Assembly (NCBI GenBank): GCA_965203295.1 | Contig: CBDBCZ010000001.1 | Coordinates: 1-64,000, forward strand | Source of the DNA: Nitrospirales bacterium | GTDB taxonomy: Bacteria; Nitrospirota; Nitrospiria; Nitrospirales; UBA8639 | DNA: 64,000 nt | Direction of reading: 5' to 3' | In this document: in pieces, positions 13,633 to 26,518 of the stretch | How positions within the stretch are numbered: the stretch's first letter is position 1 | Layout of the letters: each line of letters begins with the position of its first letter | Notes under the pieces: model-generated | Databases searched by the model: none | Told to the model about the DNA's origin: nothing | Seen by the model: the letters and a program-made list of their open reading frames with translations, nothing else | Made by a program: the position numbers and the translations under genes

Positions 13633-16600
13633 ATGGAACCAGCGTCTGCAGACAAGGTAAATTATTTTATATGATACAGAATGCCATGTCCTAGAGCCTA
13701 AGAGTATACGGTCTGCAAATTCAGCATGCTTTTGAGCTATATATGCTTTCGTGCAGAGTGACTCTGGCGTTGATGCCGATATTTCGGACTGCGGGTCGGA
13801 TATGGACGAAGACCCAGAACAGGTGAGTTTGCAGCCTTCATGCAGTTAAACCATGGATAATATAGTGTACTATATTATCGATGGTGAAGCCTGCTGATAG
13901 TCGGGGTCGCGTGGAGGGTCTGGGAACAAGCAGTAGACAAGGGGGGGGGGGTGTTTGACCGCACCCATTTTGGACTTTAGACTGCATGTGCTTGCATCCC
14001 ATTGTTGCAAGCTGTTCTACACTACTAGAGCAGCTACTTGACTTTAGACTGATTCTGATTAGCCTCATGCACAGGTCTTCCCACTAGCTGCAGCCTTGGA
14101 GAACAGTGACAAGCAAGGGGGAAGACCTTTGCTAGTACACAATTGTCACATAGAGCGCTCCTTAAATTTGGCAGTTCACTGCATCCCAATATTCAGGGAT
14201 AGCGGTACAATCCCCTCCTGGATGTCGTTTTATGGGTAGCTATGAGTGAGGGTGTGTTAAAATTCGATTTCCCCATTTTTGAGGATGGTCACGCATACAT
14301 CTCCTTGGAGACGAGGGGGGGTGTATCCCTTTGAGTATGTTGCTCATATACCACAAATTGTAAAAATCAGGACTAATTTTCCAAAGGAACAAGCTGCAGG
14401 TCTAAAACTCCTCCAGTAGGTTCCTACCATAGCCCCCATTCATAAAATGAAGTTTGAGGTATGGTCGCACCCATCTCCTTAGAGACGAGGGGGGGGGGGG
14501 GGCGTATCCCTTTGAGTATGTTGCGCATACATTACAAATTGCATGCAATATCAGTAATGATTTTCCAAAGGAACAAGCTACAGGTCTAAAACTCCTCCAG
14601 TAGGTTCCTACCATAGCCCCCATTCATAAAATAAAGTTTGAAGTATGGTCGCACCCATCTCCTTAGAGACGAGGGGGGGGCGTATCCCTTTTCAGTATGT
14701 TGCGCATACATTACATATTGCATGCAATATCAGTAATGATTTTCCAAAGGAACAAGCTGCAGGTCTAAAACTCCTCCTGTAGGTTCCTACCATAGCCCCC
14801 ATTCATAAAATAAAGTTTGAAGTATGGTCGCACCCATCTCCTTAGAGACGAGGGGGGGGGGGCGTATCCCTTTTCAGTATGTTACGCATACATTACATAT
14901 TGCATGCAATATCAGTAATGATTTTCCAAAGGAACAAGCTACAGGTCTACAACTCCTCCAGTAGGTTCCTACCATAGCCCCCATTCATAAAATAAAGTTT
15001 GAAGTATGGTCGCACCCATCTCCTTAGAGACGAGGGGTGGGCGTATCCCTTTTCAGTAATTTGCGCATACATTACATATTGCATGCAATATCAGTAATGA
15101 TTTTCCAAAGGAACAAGCTACAGGTCTAAAACTCCTCCTGTAGGTTCCTACCATAGCCCCCATTCATAAAATAAAGTTTGAAGTATGGTCGCACACATCT
15201 CCTTAGAGACGAGGGGTGGGCGTATACTGTACCTTTTCAGTATGTTGCTCATATACCACAAATTGCATGCAAAATCAGGACTAATTTTCAAAAGGAACAG
15301 GCTACAGGTCTAAAACTCCTCCAGTAGGTTCCTACCATAGCCCCCATTCATAAAATAAAGTTTGAAGTATGGTTGCACCCATCTCCTTAGAGACGAGGGG
15401 GGGGCGTATCCCTTTTCAGTATGTTACGCATACATTACATATTGCATGCAATATCAGTAATGATTTTCCAAAGGAACAAGCTACAGGTCTAAAACTCCTC
15501 CAGTAGGTTCCTACCATAGCCCCCATTCATAAAATAAAGTTTGAAGTATGGTCGCACCCATCTCCTTAGAGACGAGGGGTGGGCGTATACCTTTTCAGTA
15601 TGTTACGCATACATTACATATTGCATGCAATATCAGTAATGATTTTCAAAAGGAACAAGCTACAGGTCTAAAACTCCTCCAGTAGGTTCCTACCATAGCC
15701 CCCATTCATAAAATAGAGTTTGAAGTATGGTCGCACCCATCTCCTTAGAGACGAGGGGTGGGCGTATACCTTTTCAGTATGTTACACATACATTACATAT
15801 TGCATGCAATATCAGTAATGATTTTCAAAAGGAACAAGCTACAGGTCTAAAACTCCTCCAGTAGGTTCCTACCATAGCCCCCATTCATAAAATAAAGTTT
15901 GAAGTATGGTCGCACCCATCTCCTTAGAGACAAGGGGGGGGGCGTATCCCTTTTCAGTATGTTGCGCATACATTGCATATTGCATGCAATATCAGTAATG
16001 ATTTTCCAAAGGAACAAGCTGCAGGTCTAAAACTCCTCCTGTAGGTTCCTACCATAGCCCCCATTCATAAAATAAAGTTTGAAGTATGGTCGCACCCATC
16101 TCCTTAGAGACGAGGGGTGGGCGTATCCCTTTTCAGTAATTTGCGCATACATTACATATTGCATGCAATATCAGTAATGATTTTCCAAAGGAACAAGCTA
16201 CAGGTCTAAAACTCCTCCTGTAGGTTCCTACCATAGCCCCCATTCATAAAATAAAGTTTGAAGTATGGTCGCACACATCTCCTTAGAGACGAGGGGTGGG
16301 CGTATACTGTACCTTTTCAGTATGTTGCTCATATACCACAAATTGCATGCAAAATCAGGACTAATTTTCAAAAGGAACAGGCTACAGGTCTAAAACTCCT
16401 CCAGTTGGTTCCTACCATAGCCCCCATTCATAAAATAAAGTTTGAAGTATGGTTGCACCCATCTCCTTAGAGACGAGGGGGGGGCGTATCCCTTTTCAGT
16501 ATGTTACGCATACATTACATATTGCATGCAATATCAGTAATGATTTTCCAAAGGAACAAGCTACAGGTCTAAAACTCCTCCAGTAGGTTCCTACCATAGC

Positions 16601-19600
16601 CCCCATTCATAAAATAAAGTTTGAAGTATGGTCGCACCATCTCCTTAGAGACGAGGGGTGGGCGTATACCTTTTCAGTATGTTACGCATACATTACATAT
16701 TGCATGCAATATCAGTAATGATTTTCAAAAGGAACAAGCTACAGGTCTAAAACTCCTCCAGTAGGTTCCTACCATAGCCCCCATTCATAAAATAAAGTTT
16801 GAAGTATGGTCGCACCCATCTCCTTAGAGACGAGGGGTGGGCGTATACCTTTTCAGTATGTTACACATACATTACATATTGCATGCAATATCAGTAATGA
16901 TTTTCAAAAGGAACAAGCTACAGGTCTAAAACTCCTCCAGTAGGTTCCTACCATAGCCCCCATTCATAAAATAAAGTTTGAAGTATGGTCGCACCCATCT
17001 CCTTAGAGACAAGGGGGGGGCGTATCCCTTTTCAGTATGTTGCGCATACATTGCATATTGCATGCAATATCAGTAATGATTTTCCAAAGGAACAAGCTGC
17101 AGGTCTAAAACTCCTCCAGTAGGTTCCTACCATAGCCCCCATTCATAAAATAAAGTTTGATGTATGGTCGCACCCATCTCCTTAGAGACGAGGGGTGGGC
17201 GTATACCTTTTCAGTATGTTGCTCATATACCACAAATTGCATGCAAAATCAGGACTAATTTTCAAAAGGAACAAGCTACAGGTCTAAAACCCCTCCAGTA
17301 GGTTCCTACCATAGCCCCCATTCATAAAATAAAGTTTGAAGTATGGTCGCACCCATCTCCTTAGAGACGAGGGGGGGGGCGTATCCCTTTTCAGTATGTT
17401 GCACATACATTACATATTGCATGCAATATCGGTAATGATTTTCCAAAGGAACAAGCTACAGGTCTAAAACTCCTCCAGTAGGTTCCTACCATAGCCCCCA
17501 TTCATATCATAAAATAAAGTTTGAAGTATGGTTGCACACATCTCCTTAGAGACGGGGGGGGGGGGGGCGTATCCCTTTTCAGTATGTTGCGCATACATTA
17601 CATATTGCATGCAATATCAGTAATGATTTTCCAAAGGAACAAGCTACAGGTCTACAACTCCTCCAGTAGGTTCCTACCATAGCCCCCATTCATAAAATAA
17701 AGTTTGATGTATGGTCGCACCCATCTCCTTAGAGACGAGGGGTGGACGTATACCTTTTCAGTATGTTGCTCATATACCACAAATTGCATGCAAAATCAGG
17801 ACTAATTTTCAAAAGGAACAAGCTACAGGTCTAAAACCCCTCCAGTAGGTTCCTACCATAGCCCCCATTCATAAAATAAAGTTTGAAGTATGGTCGCACC
17901 CATCTCCTTAGAGACGAGGGGGGGGCGTATCCCTTTTCAGTATGTTGCGCATACATTACATATTGCATGCAATATCAGTAATGATTTTCCAAAGGAACAA
18001 GCTACAGGTCTAAAACTCCTCCAGTAGGTTCCTACCATAGCCCCCATTCATAAAATAAAGTTTGAAGTATGGTCGCACCCATCTCCTTAGAGACGAGGGG
18101 TGGGCGTATACCTTTTCAGTATGTTACGCATACATTACATATTGCATGCAATATCAGTAATGATTTTCAAAAGGAACAAGCTACAGGTCTAAAACTCCTC
18201 CAGTAGGTTCCTACCATAGCCCCCATTCATAAAATAAAGTTTGAAGTATGGTCGCACCCATCTCCTTAGAGATGAGGGGGGGGGCGTATCCCTTTTCAGT
18301 ATGTTGCGCACACATTACATATTGCATGCAATATCAGTAATGATTTTCAAAAGGAACAAGCTACAGGTCTAAAACTCCTCCAGTAGGTTCCTACCATAGC
18401 CCCCATTCATATCATAAAATAAAGTTTGAAGTATGGTTGCACACATCTCCTTAGTGACGAGGGGGGGGGGGGGGGCGTATCCCTTTTCAGTATGTTGCGC
18501 ATACATTACATATTGCATGCAAAATCAGGACTAATTTTCAAAAGGAACAAGCTACAGGTCTAAAACCCCTCCAGTAGGTTCCTACCATAGCCCCCATTCA
18601 TAAAATAAAGTTTGAAGTATGGTCGCACCCATCTCCTTAGAGACGAGGGGGGGGCGTATCCCTTTTCAGTATGTTGCGCATACATTACATATTGCATGCA
18701 ATATCAGTAATGATTTTCCAAAGGAACAAGCTACAGGTCTAAAACTCCTCCAGTAGGTTCCTACCATAGCCCCCATTCATAAAATAAAGTTTGAAGTATG
18801 GTCGCACCCATCTCCTTAGAGACGAGGGGTGGGCGTATACCTTTTCAGTATGTTACGCATACATTACATATTGCATGCAATATCAGTAATGATTTTCAAA
18901 AGGAACAAGCTACAGGTCTAAAACTCCTCCAGTAGGTTCCTACCATAGCCCCCATTCATAAAATAAAGTTTGAAGTATGGTCGCACCCATCTCCTTAGAG
19001 ATGAGGGGGGGGGCGTATCCCTTTTCAGTATGTTGCGCACACATTACATATTGCATGCAATATCAGTAATGATTTTCAAAAGGAACAAGCTACAGGTCTA
19101 AAACTCCTCCAGTAGGTTCCTACCATAGCCCCCATTCATATCATAAAATAAAGTTTGAAGTATGGTTGCACACATCTCCTTAGTGACGAGGGGGGGGGGG
19201 GGGGCGTATCCCTTTTCAGTATGTTGCGCATACATTACATATTGCATGCAATATCAGTAATGATTTTCCAAAGGAACAAGCTACAGGTCTACAACTCCTC
19301 CAGTAGGTTCCTACCATAGCCCCCATTCATAAAATAAAGTTTGATGTATGGTCGCACCCATCTCCTTAGAGACGAGGGGTGGGCGTATACCTTTTCAGTA
19401 TGTTGCTCATATACCACAAATTGCATGCAAAATCAGGACTAATTTTCAAAAGGAACAAGCTACAGGTCTAAAACCCCTCCAGTAGGTTCCTACCATAGCC
19501 CCCATTCATAAAATAAAGTTTGAAGTATGGTCGCACCCATCTCCTTAGAGACGAGGGGGGGGCGTATCCCTTTTCAGTATGTTGCGCATACATTACATAT

Positions 19601-21465
19601 TGCATGCAATATCAGTAATGATTTTCCAAAGGAACAAGCTACAGGTCTAAAACTCCTCCAGTAGGTTCCTACCATAGCCCCCATTCATAAAATAAAGTTT
19701 GAAGTATGGTCGCACCCATCTCCTTAGAGACGAGGGGGGGGCGTATCCCTTTTCAGTATGTTACGCATGCATTACATATTGCATGCAATATCAGTAATGA
19801 TTTTTAAAAGGAACAAGCTACAGGTCTAAAACTCCTCCAGTAGGTTCCTACCATAGCCCCCATTCATAAATTAAAGTTTGAAGTATGGTCGCACCCATCT
19901 CCTTAGAGACGAGGGGTGGGCGTATACCTTTTCAGTATGTTACGCATACATTACATATTGCATGCAATATCAGTAATAATTTTCAAAAGGAACAAGCTAC
20001 AGGTCTAAAACTCCTCCTGTAGGTTCCTATCATAGCCCCCATTCATAAAATAAAGTTTGAAGTATGGTCGCACCCATCTCCTTAGAGACGAGGGGTGGGC
20101 GTATACTGTACCTTTTCAGTATGTTGCTCATATACCACAAATTGCATGCAAAATCAGGACTAATTTTCAAAAGGAACAAGCTACAGGTCTAAAACTCCTC
20201 CAGTAGGTTCCTACCATAGCCCCCATTCATAAAATAAAGTTTGAAGTATGGTTGCACCCATCTCCTTAGAGACGAGGGGGGGGCGTATCCCTTTTCAGTA
20301 TGTTACGCATACATTACATATTGCATGCAATATCAGTAATGATTTTCCAAAGGAACAAGCTACAGGTCTAAAACTCCTCCTGTAGGTTCCTACCATAGCC
20401 CCCATTCATAAAATAAAGTTTGAAGTATGGTCGCACACATCTCCTTAGAGACGGGGGGGGGGGGGCGTATCCCTTTTCAGTATGTTGCGCATACATTACA
20501 TATTGCATGCAATATCAGTAATGATTTTTAAAAGGAACAAGCTACAGGTCTACAACTCCTCCAGTAGGTTCCTACCATAGCCCCCAGTCATAAAATGAAG
20601 TTTGAGGTATGGTCGCTATGAGTGAGGGTGTTAAAATTCAATTTTCTCATTTCGGTGGAATTTGGTTCAGTCTCCACAATGCATTTTAGAGAGAAGTCAT
20701 TGTATGTTTTCCTGCAGCTGTGGATCCCAGCAAAGGATTTTGAGTTTGTCAGGATGCCACCTGCATATACTTCAGAGGTACATGTTGCCAGTATAGGAAT
20801 ATAGGGAATAGCTGTATACAATGGATAATTTTGCTTGTTGCTACATTTACTGCAGGCTGATGGAGACTCAGACAGTGCCGACAGCATGCGCTGTAATTGG
20901 AATACCGACGTAAGTCCGTCTGCCATTTAGCCATAATAGTTATGTGTATGCTTCTCTAATAGCTATATTTCAATGCAGTTTGCATCCACTGTGGTGTGGT
21001 ACTTGCCTTGGAAAGCTATAGCTTACCTCCTAAAACCGAATACTCCCTTTGCATACCGCACGTTTGCAATGCGTTCGGGTGGGCGGATACTACATCGCAT
21101 TTACAGAAGTACGTATTATCCGCACACCTCCCTCTTTCAGCTCGCACTTAAGTGGGCGTATAATACGTACTTTACGGTACTACTTACCGGTGGAGGGGGT
21201 GGTAGTATTGTTTTCAGAAGAATGATCATTTGAGTGACTCTGATTATTATGTGTAGCTTGTGAGGAAATGGGGTGTGATAACCTTCTCTAATTTACATGT
21301 ATAGAGTGAAGACGAGAGTTGTGACTCCCCAGCTGATGGTGATGTAAGTTACACATTTCCATAAGGCACTAGTCTAATTTGTTTGAGATTTTTACCATGC
21401 ACTGTAACCATAGCTATTATTCCTTTCATTTACAGGCTCCTCCTCCTGACCCAGCCTCCACATAA
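13633..21465 (+). CDS. Candidate third transposon gene: ~90-aa acidic protein from six phase-0 micro-exons
   Basis: Exons 13633-13656, 13757-13822, 20718-20777, 20856-20909, 21305-21343 and 21436-21465, all GT-AG and multiples of 3: MEPASADK/SDSGVDADISDCGSDMDEDPEQ/LWIPAKDFEFVRMPPAYTSE/ADGDSDSADSMRCNWNTD/SEDESCDSPADGD/APPPDPAST*. Confidence 0.45.
14280..20615. repeat. ~180-bp tandem satellite, about 35 units, with variable poly-G tract
   Basis: Unit GGAACAAGCTACAGGTCTAAAACTCCTCCAGTAGGTTCCTACCATAGCCCCCATTCATAAAATAAAGTTTGAAGTATGGTCGCACCCATCTCCTTAGAGACGAG(G)n... recurs every ~180 bp. Confidence 0.97.
20895..21179. mobile_element. Right part of a TA-CCGTA-ended (pogo/Tc1-mariner-like) MITE
   Basis: Ends ...TAATACGTACTTTACGG-TA and resembles 45341-45640 along its length. 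Confidence 0.6.
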
Positions 21466-21602
21466 TGACTGTATTATGACAACTTTTTTCATGCATGGGT
21501 ACCTCTTGATATCCTGACTCCTGAGTGCTTGTTGTGATTGCAAGACTAGTAGTGTTGAAACATCTCACTTACGTAAAGTAGCAAAGCATGTCATACAACC
21601 AA

Positions 21603-24600
21603 CTAAACTACATTGTATTTTGTGCAAACAAACATTGGTGAAGATGTGGTGAATGATTTAGAAGTTGACAGGGGATGAAAATCTGCAAGTTCTCTTTGGT
21701 GGTAAATGAGTGTCTCTTCAGTGAGAGGTGACACTTCAAAAGCATGAAAGTGTGTATTGAAAGTAGTGGCTACAAATGGAGTTAGAATGAACAAACATTC
21801 TTGTGCAGGTGTAACAACAATGTCCTTGATCTTCCCAAAAACTGGCATCTCCTCTTCATGGTAGCACAGGACAATGTAGCCCAGAGCATACTTGGTGCCG
21901 AGGATCACTGCATATCTGACCCTGCATGTGCATAGAAGAAACGGTATATTATGCATAATCCAATGTGGAACGGTAACTGCACACTTGTAGCTAATTCAGC
22001 AAGTGCATGTGCATACCTGTGAATTATCGAGTCATCTCTGACACCATAATCTCCCTCTACCAGGGCATCACCATAGTGAAGATTCTCCACGGCTTCTGAT
22101 GTGACTGAAACACAAGGCAACATAAACCCAGCTAGAGCACCAAAACCACCTAGATCCAAATTTAATATATACCTGTGCCATAAAGGGGCCTGTGGGTGAG
22201 ATAAGTGGACGTGTCTGCCATCCTGTAGCACATATGGCGCTGATGATGGTAGGCAAGAGACTTCGGGATGTTCTTAAAGTTCTTCACTACTTGTGCCGTC
22301 TGCTTCAGGAAACTGTGCTTTGCCTCGTACCGCATACACCAAATCCGGCTAAGAGGCCCACACCTGTAAATTAGGATGCATATATAAGGCACACGATAGT
22401 GTGAAGATTACCGTATTTCCTTGTATAAAAACCTGCCTCAAATAGAAGGTCTAAACTGTCAACTTTCTCTCTAACAGTGAGCATAAATTAAAACTTGAGG
22501 AGTCTTACAGCTTACCTGTGCATCCAGGAAGGAACATGAATGAGGTAGTGCATCTTGGGGGTGAGACGGCGTTCAGGATACAGCTGGCGAAACTCCACAA
22601 GGAAGTCTTCGATGAGAACTTCAGTGTATGTGATGGTGCTCTCAGTTGTTACTGGCGCAAACACGTAGTCTACAATCGTCAGTAACTGTAGGAAGTTCTC
22701 CCAATGGTCGTCATCCTCTGGCACCAAGTCCCCTATCAGCAGCGGCAGGAATCTTACAAGGCACCAGGTTTGGGAAGCTATAAAATGGTGTTGTAAAATT
22801 CATTTATTACAAGAGCCTATATATATTAACTAAACGCATACACTATGACCAGCTGGCTATTGAAAGCACAAACTTTGTACTACTTTTTTTAATTATGCAA
22901 CCCAAGTGTATGGGACCATGCATCATTACCTGATTGTTTCATGCCGGTTTCATTGGCCGAAGAAAAAATTGTCTCCTTGAGAGGGGTAGGTCTGTTACCA
23001 GCATCAACTGGGCCATAGCAGAAGGACACAATCCGAGAATTCAATGTTTGAATGCGGAACAGGCTTCTGTTGATGATGAACTCCTTCAGTAGCATCATGA
23101 CAGTCAGCTGCAAGACACCTTCAAGAAAAAAACGAGTACAGGCTCACTCTTGTGATATTGTCTATAATAAACAGGATGAATGTATGTACGCAGCCAATGT
23201 TATGTTTATACGCTCAACGACTTACCTTCCAGGATATCATGCATGATATCCGGTGCTATACCATCTACGACATGGAAATAGCGGGATTGGTTGAGGATGG
23301 AATTTCGGACAACCCCATACGTAGTGGCATCATGATTAGCAAGCGGCCCCTCCAAATTTTCACAGTATGCAGTGTGCAAATCACGACTCCTCAACTGGAA
23401 ATATTTCTCTCTGAACTAAGGAGTTAGTGAAATATGCCTTAGAAAATTGAAGTTCATAACATGAGTAAGGGTGACCAACCTTTGTCTGCATGTCTGTATC
23501 AACAGCCATGCAAAAGCGGCACTTCCTGAACGCAGAATGAAGCTGCTTGAACCCTCCAAGCAAACATGCTGCAGGGTTGTCTGCAGAGACATTGACAAGA
23601 GTGCCTCGGAGTTGTTTCACTTCACCGTTCACTTCAAAAGACACACCAGAGTCCTACAGGTAGATGAAAGACGGTCAGGTTTAACCCTTCATTGGTCGCT
23701 TCCTGAAGGCTCATATGAATGTATATGGAGTTTCTATATTAGTTGTTGATATAAAGTATGGGCTTGTCTTGCTGCCATGTGGCAGCTGCACCGGTGAGAT
23801 TGTAAGTCAACATACATGACAGTTTACACTCTTACATCTTCAAGCTTGTAGAGGTCAGTCATGAACGGCTCCAAAATCGTATCCACTCCATACTGCTCTA
23901 CAAATTTTGTCTTCACAACTGCAACAAGTTGAATGCTGTGGAGGGCAGACCGAAGGCTTGGGTCCAGATTCCCAAGGCTGTAGTAAAAAGCTCCTGGACA
24001 AGGAGAGTGATATCAAATAAAAGAGCCTGTTCTAGTCAATCGCAGGTTTCTCAAAAACAGAATAGAGTGCAGTCATGTCATGCATGGACATGAGGCATTG
24101 CAAAGTATGCACTAGCACTAGTCTGCTGCATGGTTGGTAGAAACTATCAATATGCCTAAGGTTGCTTGTAACAATGGTGTGCTTCAATTAGAACGTTCTG
24201 TACTGTCCATATATAAGGAGGTTGAAAAATGTGATTACTCGTGTATTACATTATCCAACCTCCACTCTAATACACTGAAAATTAAAACTTACCAAGTTTG
24301 TGAATTGTTGCCTTTGAACCCAAGGGGTTACAAACCTCCAAATCATCATAGTACAAGTGAATTTGGAGAGCATGTGGACTACTTTGGAAGAGTGCATGAG
24401 ACTTGAAAGCAGTTCCATCACAGTAGTCGCGGAGTTTGTTGTCTGTGGTTTGATGACTATTGAACACCTACACATGTCATATAAATGGATGGGAATGACG
24501 GTATTATGCTTTGTTAACCAACTGGGCTGAAAATACAGTACAGTCAAATATTGTTTCAGCCGGCAAGTACATGGTAACATGTACCAGACCTTTCTGCTCA

Positions 24601-26225
24601 CTTACAAACACACAGAGCAGGGTATACAAGGCTATCCTTCAAAATGTCTGGTAAGCAGGCTACACAAGTAAACTTGCCTGCTCATGAACTGTGCTGCAAT
24701 TAAGCAGCCGCTGTAGGGATTCAATAAGGGGAACATCATAACAGCAATCAGCCTTCTCCTTTGATTCTCCTTTCCCGTTTTGTGCATAGTTTCTACCAAG
24801 CACACGTTCCACTGGTTCCTAAATAAACAAGATGGTATCCATGCTGGGTTTCAAGTAATTCTTCTAATCTAAACTTGGTACCACATTTATACTTTTGATA
24901 ATACAGTGGAACCCCTCTTAAAGGACACCTCTGCATAAAGGACACTTTGCTACGTCCCAAATATGCTTTCTTAATGTAAATTTACCCCTGAAAAGAGGAC
25001 ACCTCTCTATACAGGACACTTCACCAGGTCCCCAAGGTGTCCACATTAGAGGGGTTCCACTGTACCACAGTACTTGAATTCTACATGGTATGCCTACCAG
25101 ATAATCAAGATGCTCCTTGAGGTATTGGTCTTGTTTGTACCGGGTTTCTAAACCTTCAAATGGGTTTTCAGCTGCACGGAACTGTGATTCAAGGGTGCTC
25201 AGTTGCTCATCAGTTAGATTGACTCCCTGCTCTTCTAGACCCTTTTTGACACCTTCTTGCAGCCTATGGATCGCATGTCCAAAGATGGACTTTGCACCAT
25301 CCATAATCCCATCCATAGCTACCTATTAGATTGGAAGTATAGTAGAAATGGAAATGATTATGAAACAGTACTAGGTGTACACATAAATATAGAATGCAAA
25401 GAGCCTCGCATCAGAACAAGGTCACGTCATATCGCGAGCCATGCAGCCACCAAAAAATGAGACCACAATGCAACCGCTGCTGGACAAGCTACGAAAACCA
25501 ACTGTTCTTACAAGATGTGAATTAGTCACAAATGCCACAGAAGAGCAGAGAGCCTGCCTGTCATAAATCTACTTATGTTCCAGCACCGCCTCGACATACT
25601 TGACCATGCTGCCCAAATCCAGCTTTCGTTTCTGCAGTTATACACAGGCTACATGAACTCTACTGAGTTGTAACGACATGTAACTTCTAGTGACGTCATT
25701 TTAAGCCATATCGCCCACGATGGGGTCCCAGGGGCAATAGTGTGCCAGACAACAAATGTGGGTTACTGCTCGGCAATAAAAATTACATGTATAACAGAAT
25801 TAAATGCATACCTGTGATGTTTTATGGATTTCCATCGTCTTCAGAATGAAAAGAGCTGCTGCACGAGTCATCTGGTCATCTCCATCTCCACCACGGCTAT
25901 CGCTCGAAGGACCTGGGCTATCAAATTCAACCTCATTAGGATAGAAAGTTGAATCCCCGCAAGAGGTACCGTTGTCTTCTTCACTGACGTGCTCTGCAGT
26001 GCAGAACAACTCTTGTCTATGCTTCTTGTAGACGTGTGATCGAAATGACTCGAATTTGGTGTATGCAACAGGACACTTCGACGGACCCAAACCACAGACA
26101 ACATGAAAGTCGGGGCCAAAGCTGTGCACTTCACCGATGTGACGAAGAATTCCAGAGTATGAATTCCGAGCAAAATTGCGACAGATTGGACAAATGTACT
26201 TTCTCGGTCTTGCTTGCTGCGACAT
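21603..26225 (-). CDS. EnSpm/CACTA-type transposase with N-terminal C2H2-like zinc fingers (12 exons, ~841 aa)
   Basis: Exons 26225-25812, 25322-25098, 24818-24678 (GC donor), 24467-24293, 23993-23836, 23653-23480, 23415-23226, 23118-22930, 22777-22516, 22363-22173, 22104-22017, 21921-21603; 2526 nt in frame. Motifs YYDDLEVCNPLGSK..HKLG.FY, ADNPAA..LGGF...CRFC, PDIMHDILEG, TPKMHYLIH, CMRYEAKH. Confidence 0.9.
24904..25062. mobile_element. Tigger/pogo-like MITE in a transposase intron
   Basis: TA-CAGTGGAACCCCTC...GAGGGGTTCCACTG-TA; related copy at 56996-57184. Confidence 0.8.
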
Positions 26226-26518
26226 CGCAGTAGCTATAGTGTCACGAAGCGTGTCAATGAACGCGGTCTGTTCCGCTCTCCGGCTCCACAGCTTAATAGG
26301 TAACGCTTGAATAAGGCACGTGATTATGATAAAAGTCATATGATCATCACGATCCCCCTGACCACGCCCCGCCTTTCGTTTTCGGGCAGGCGGGCGTGGT
26401 CTGATCACGAGATTAGTTCGATCTTTGCCACTTTTGACTTTAGAAGTGTCAAGTTCTAAAGCTGATGTTGCAGCAGTGGAGACGCGTTCATTGACACTTT
26501 TTAGCAGTGAGAGACCCA
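26226..26518. promoter_or_regulatory. Putative bidirectional promoter between transposase and SAM gene
   Basis: 293 bp between divergent ATGs; CpG-rich; inverted GC-box pair GACCACGCCCCGCCT...AGGCGGGCGTGGTC at 26360-26401. Confidence 0.55.
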
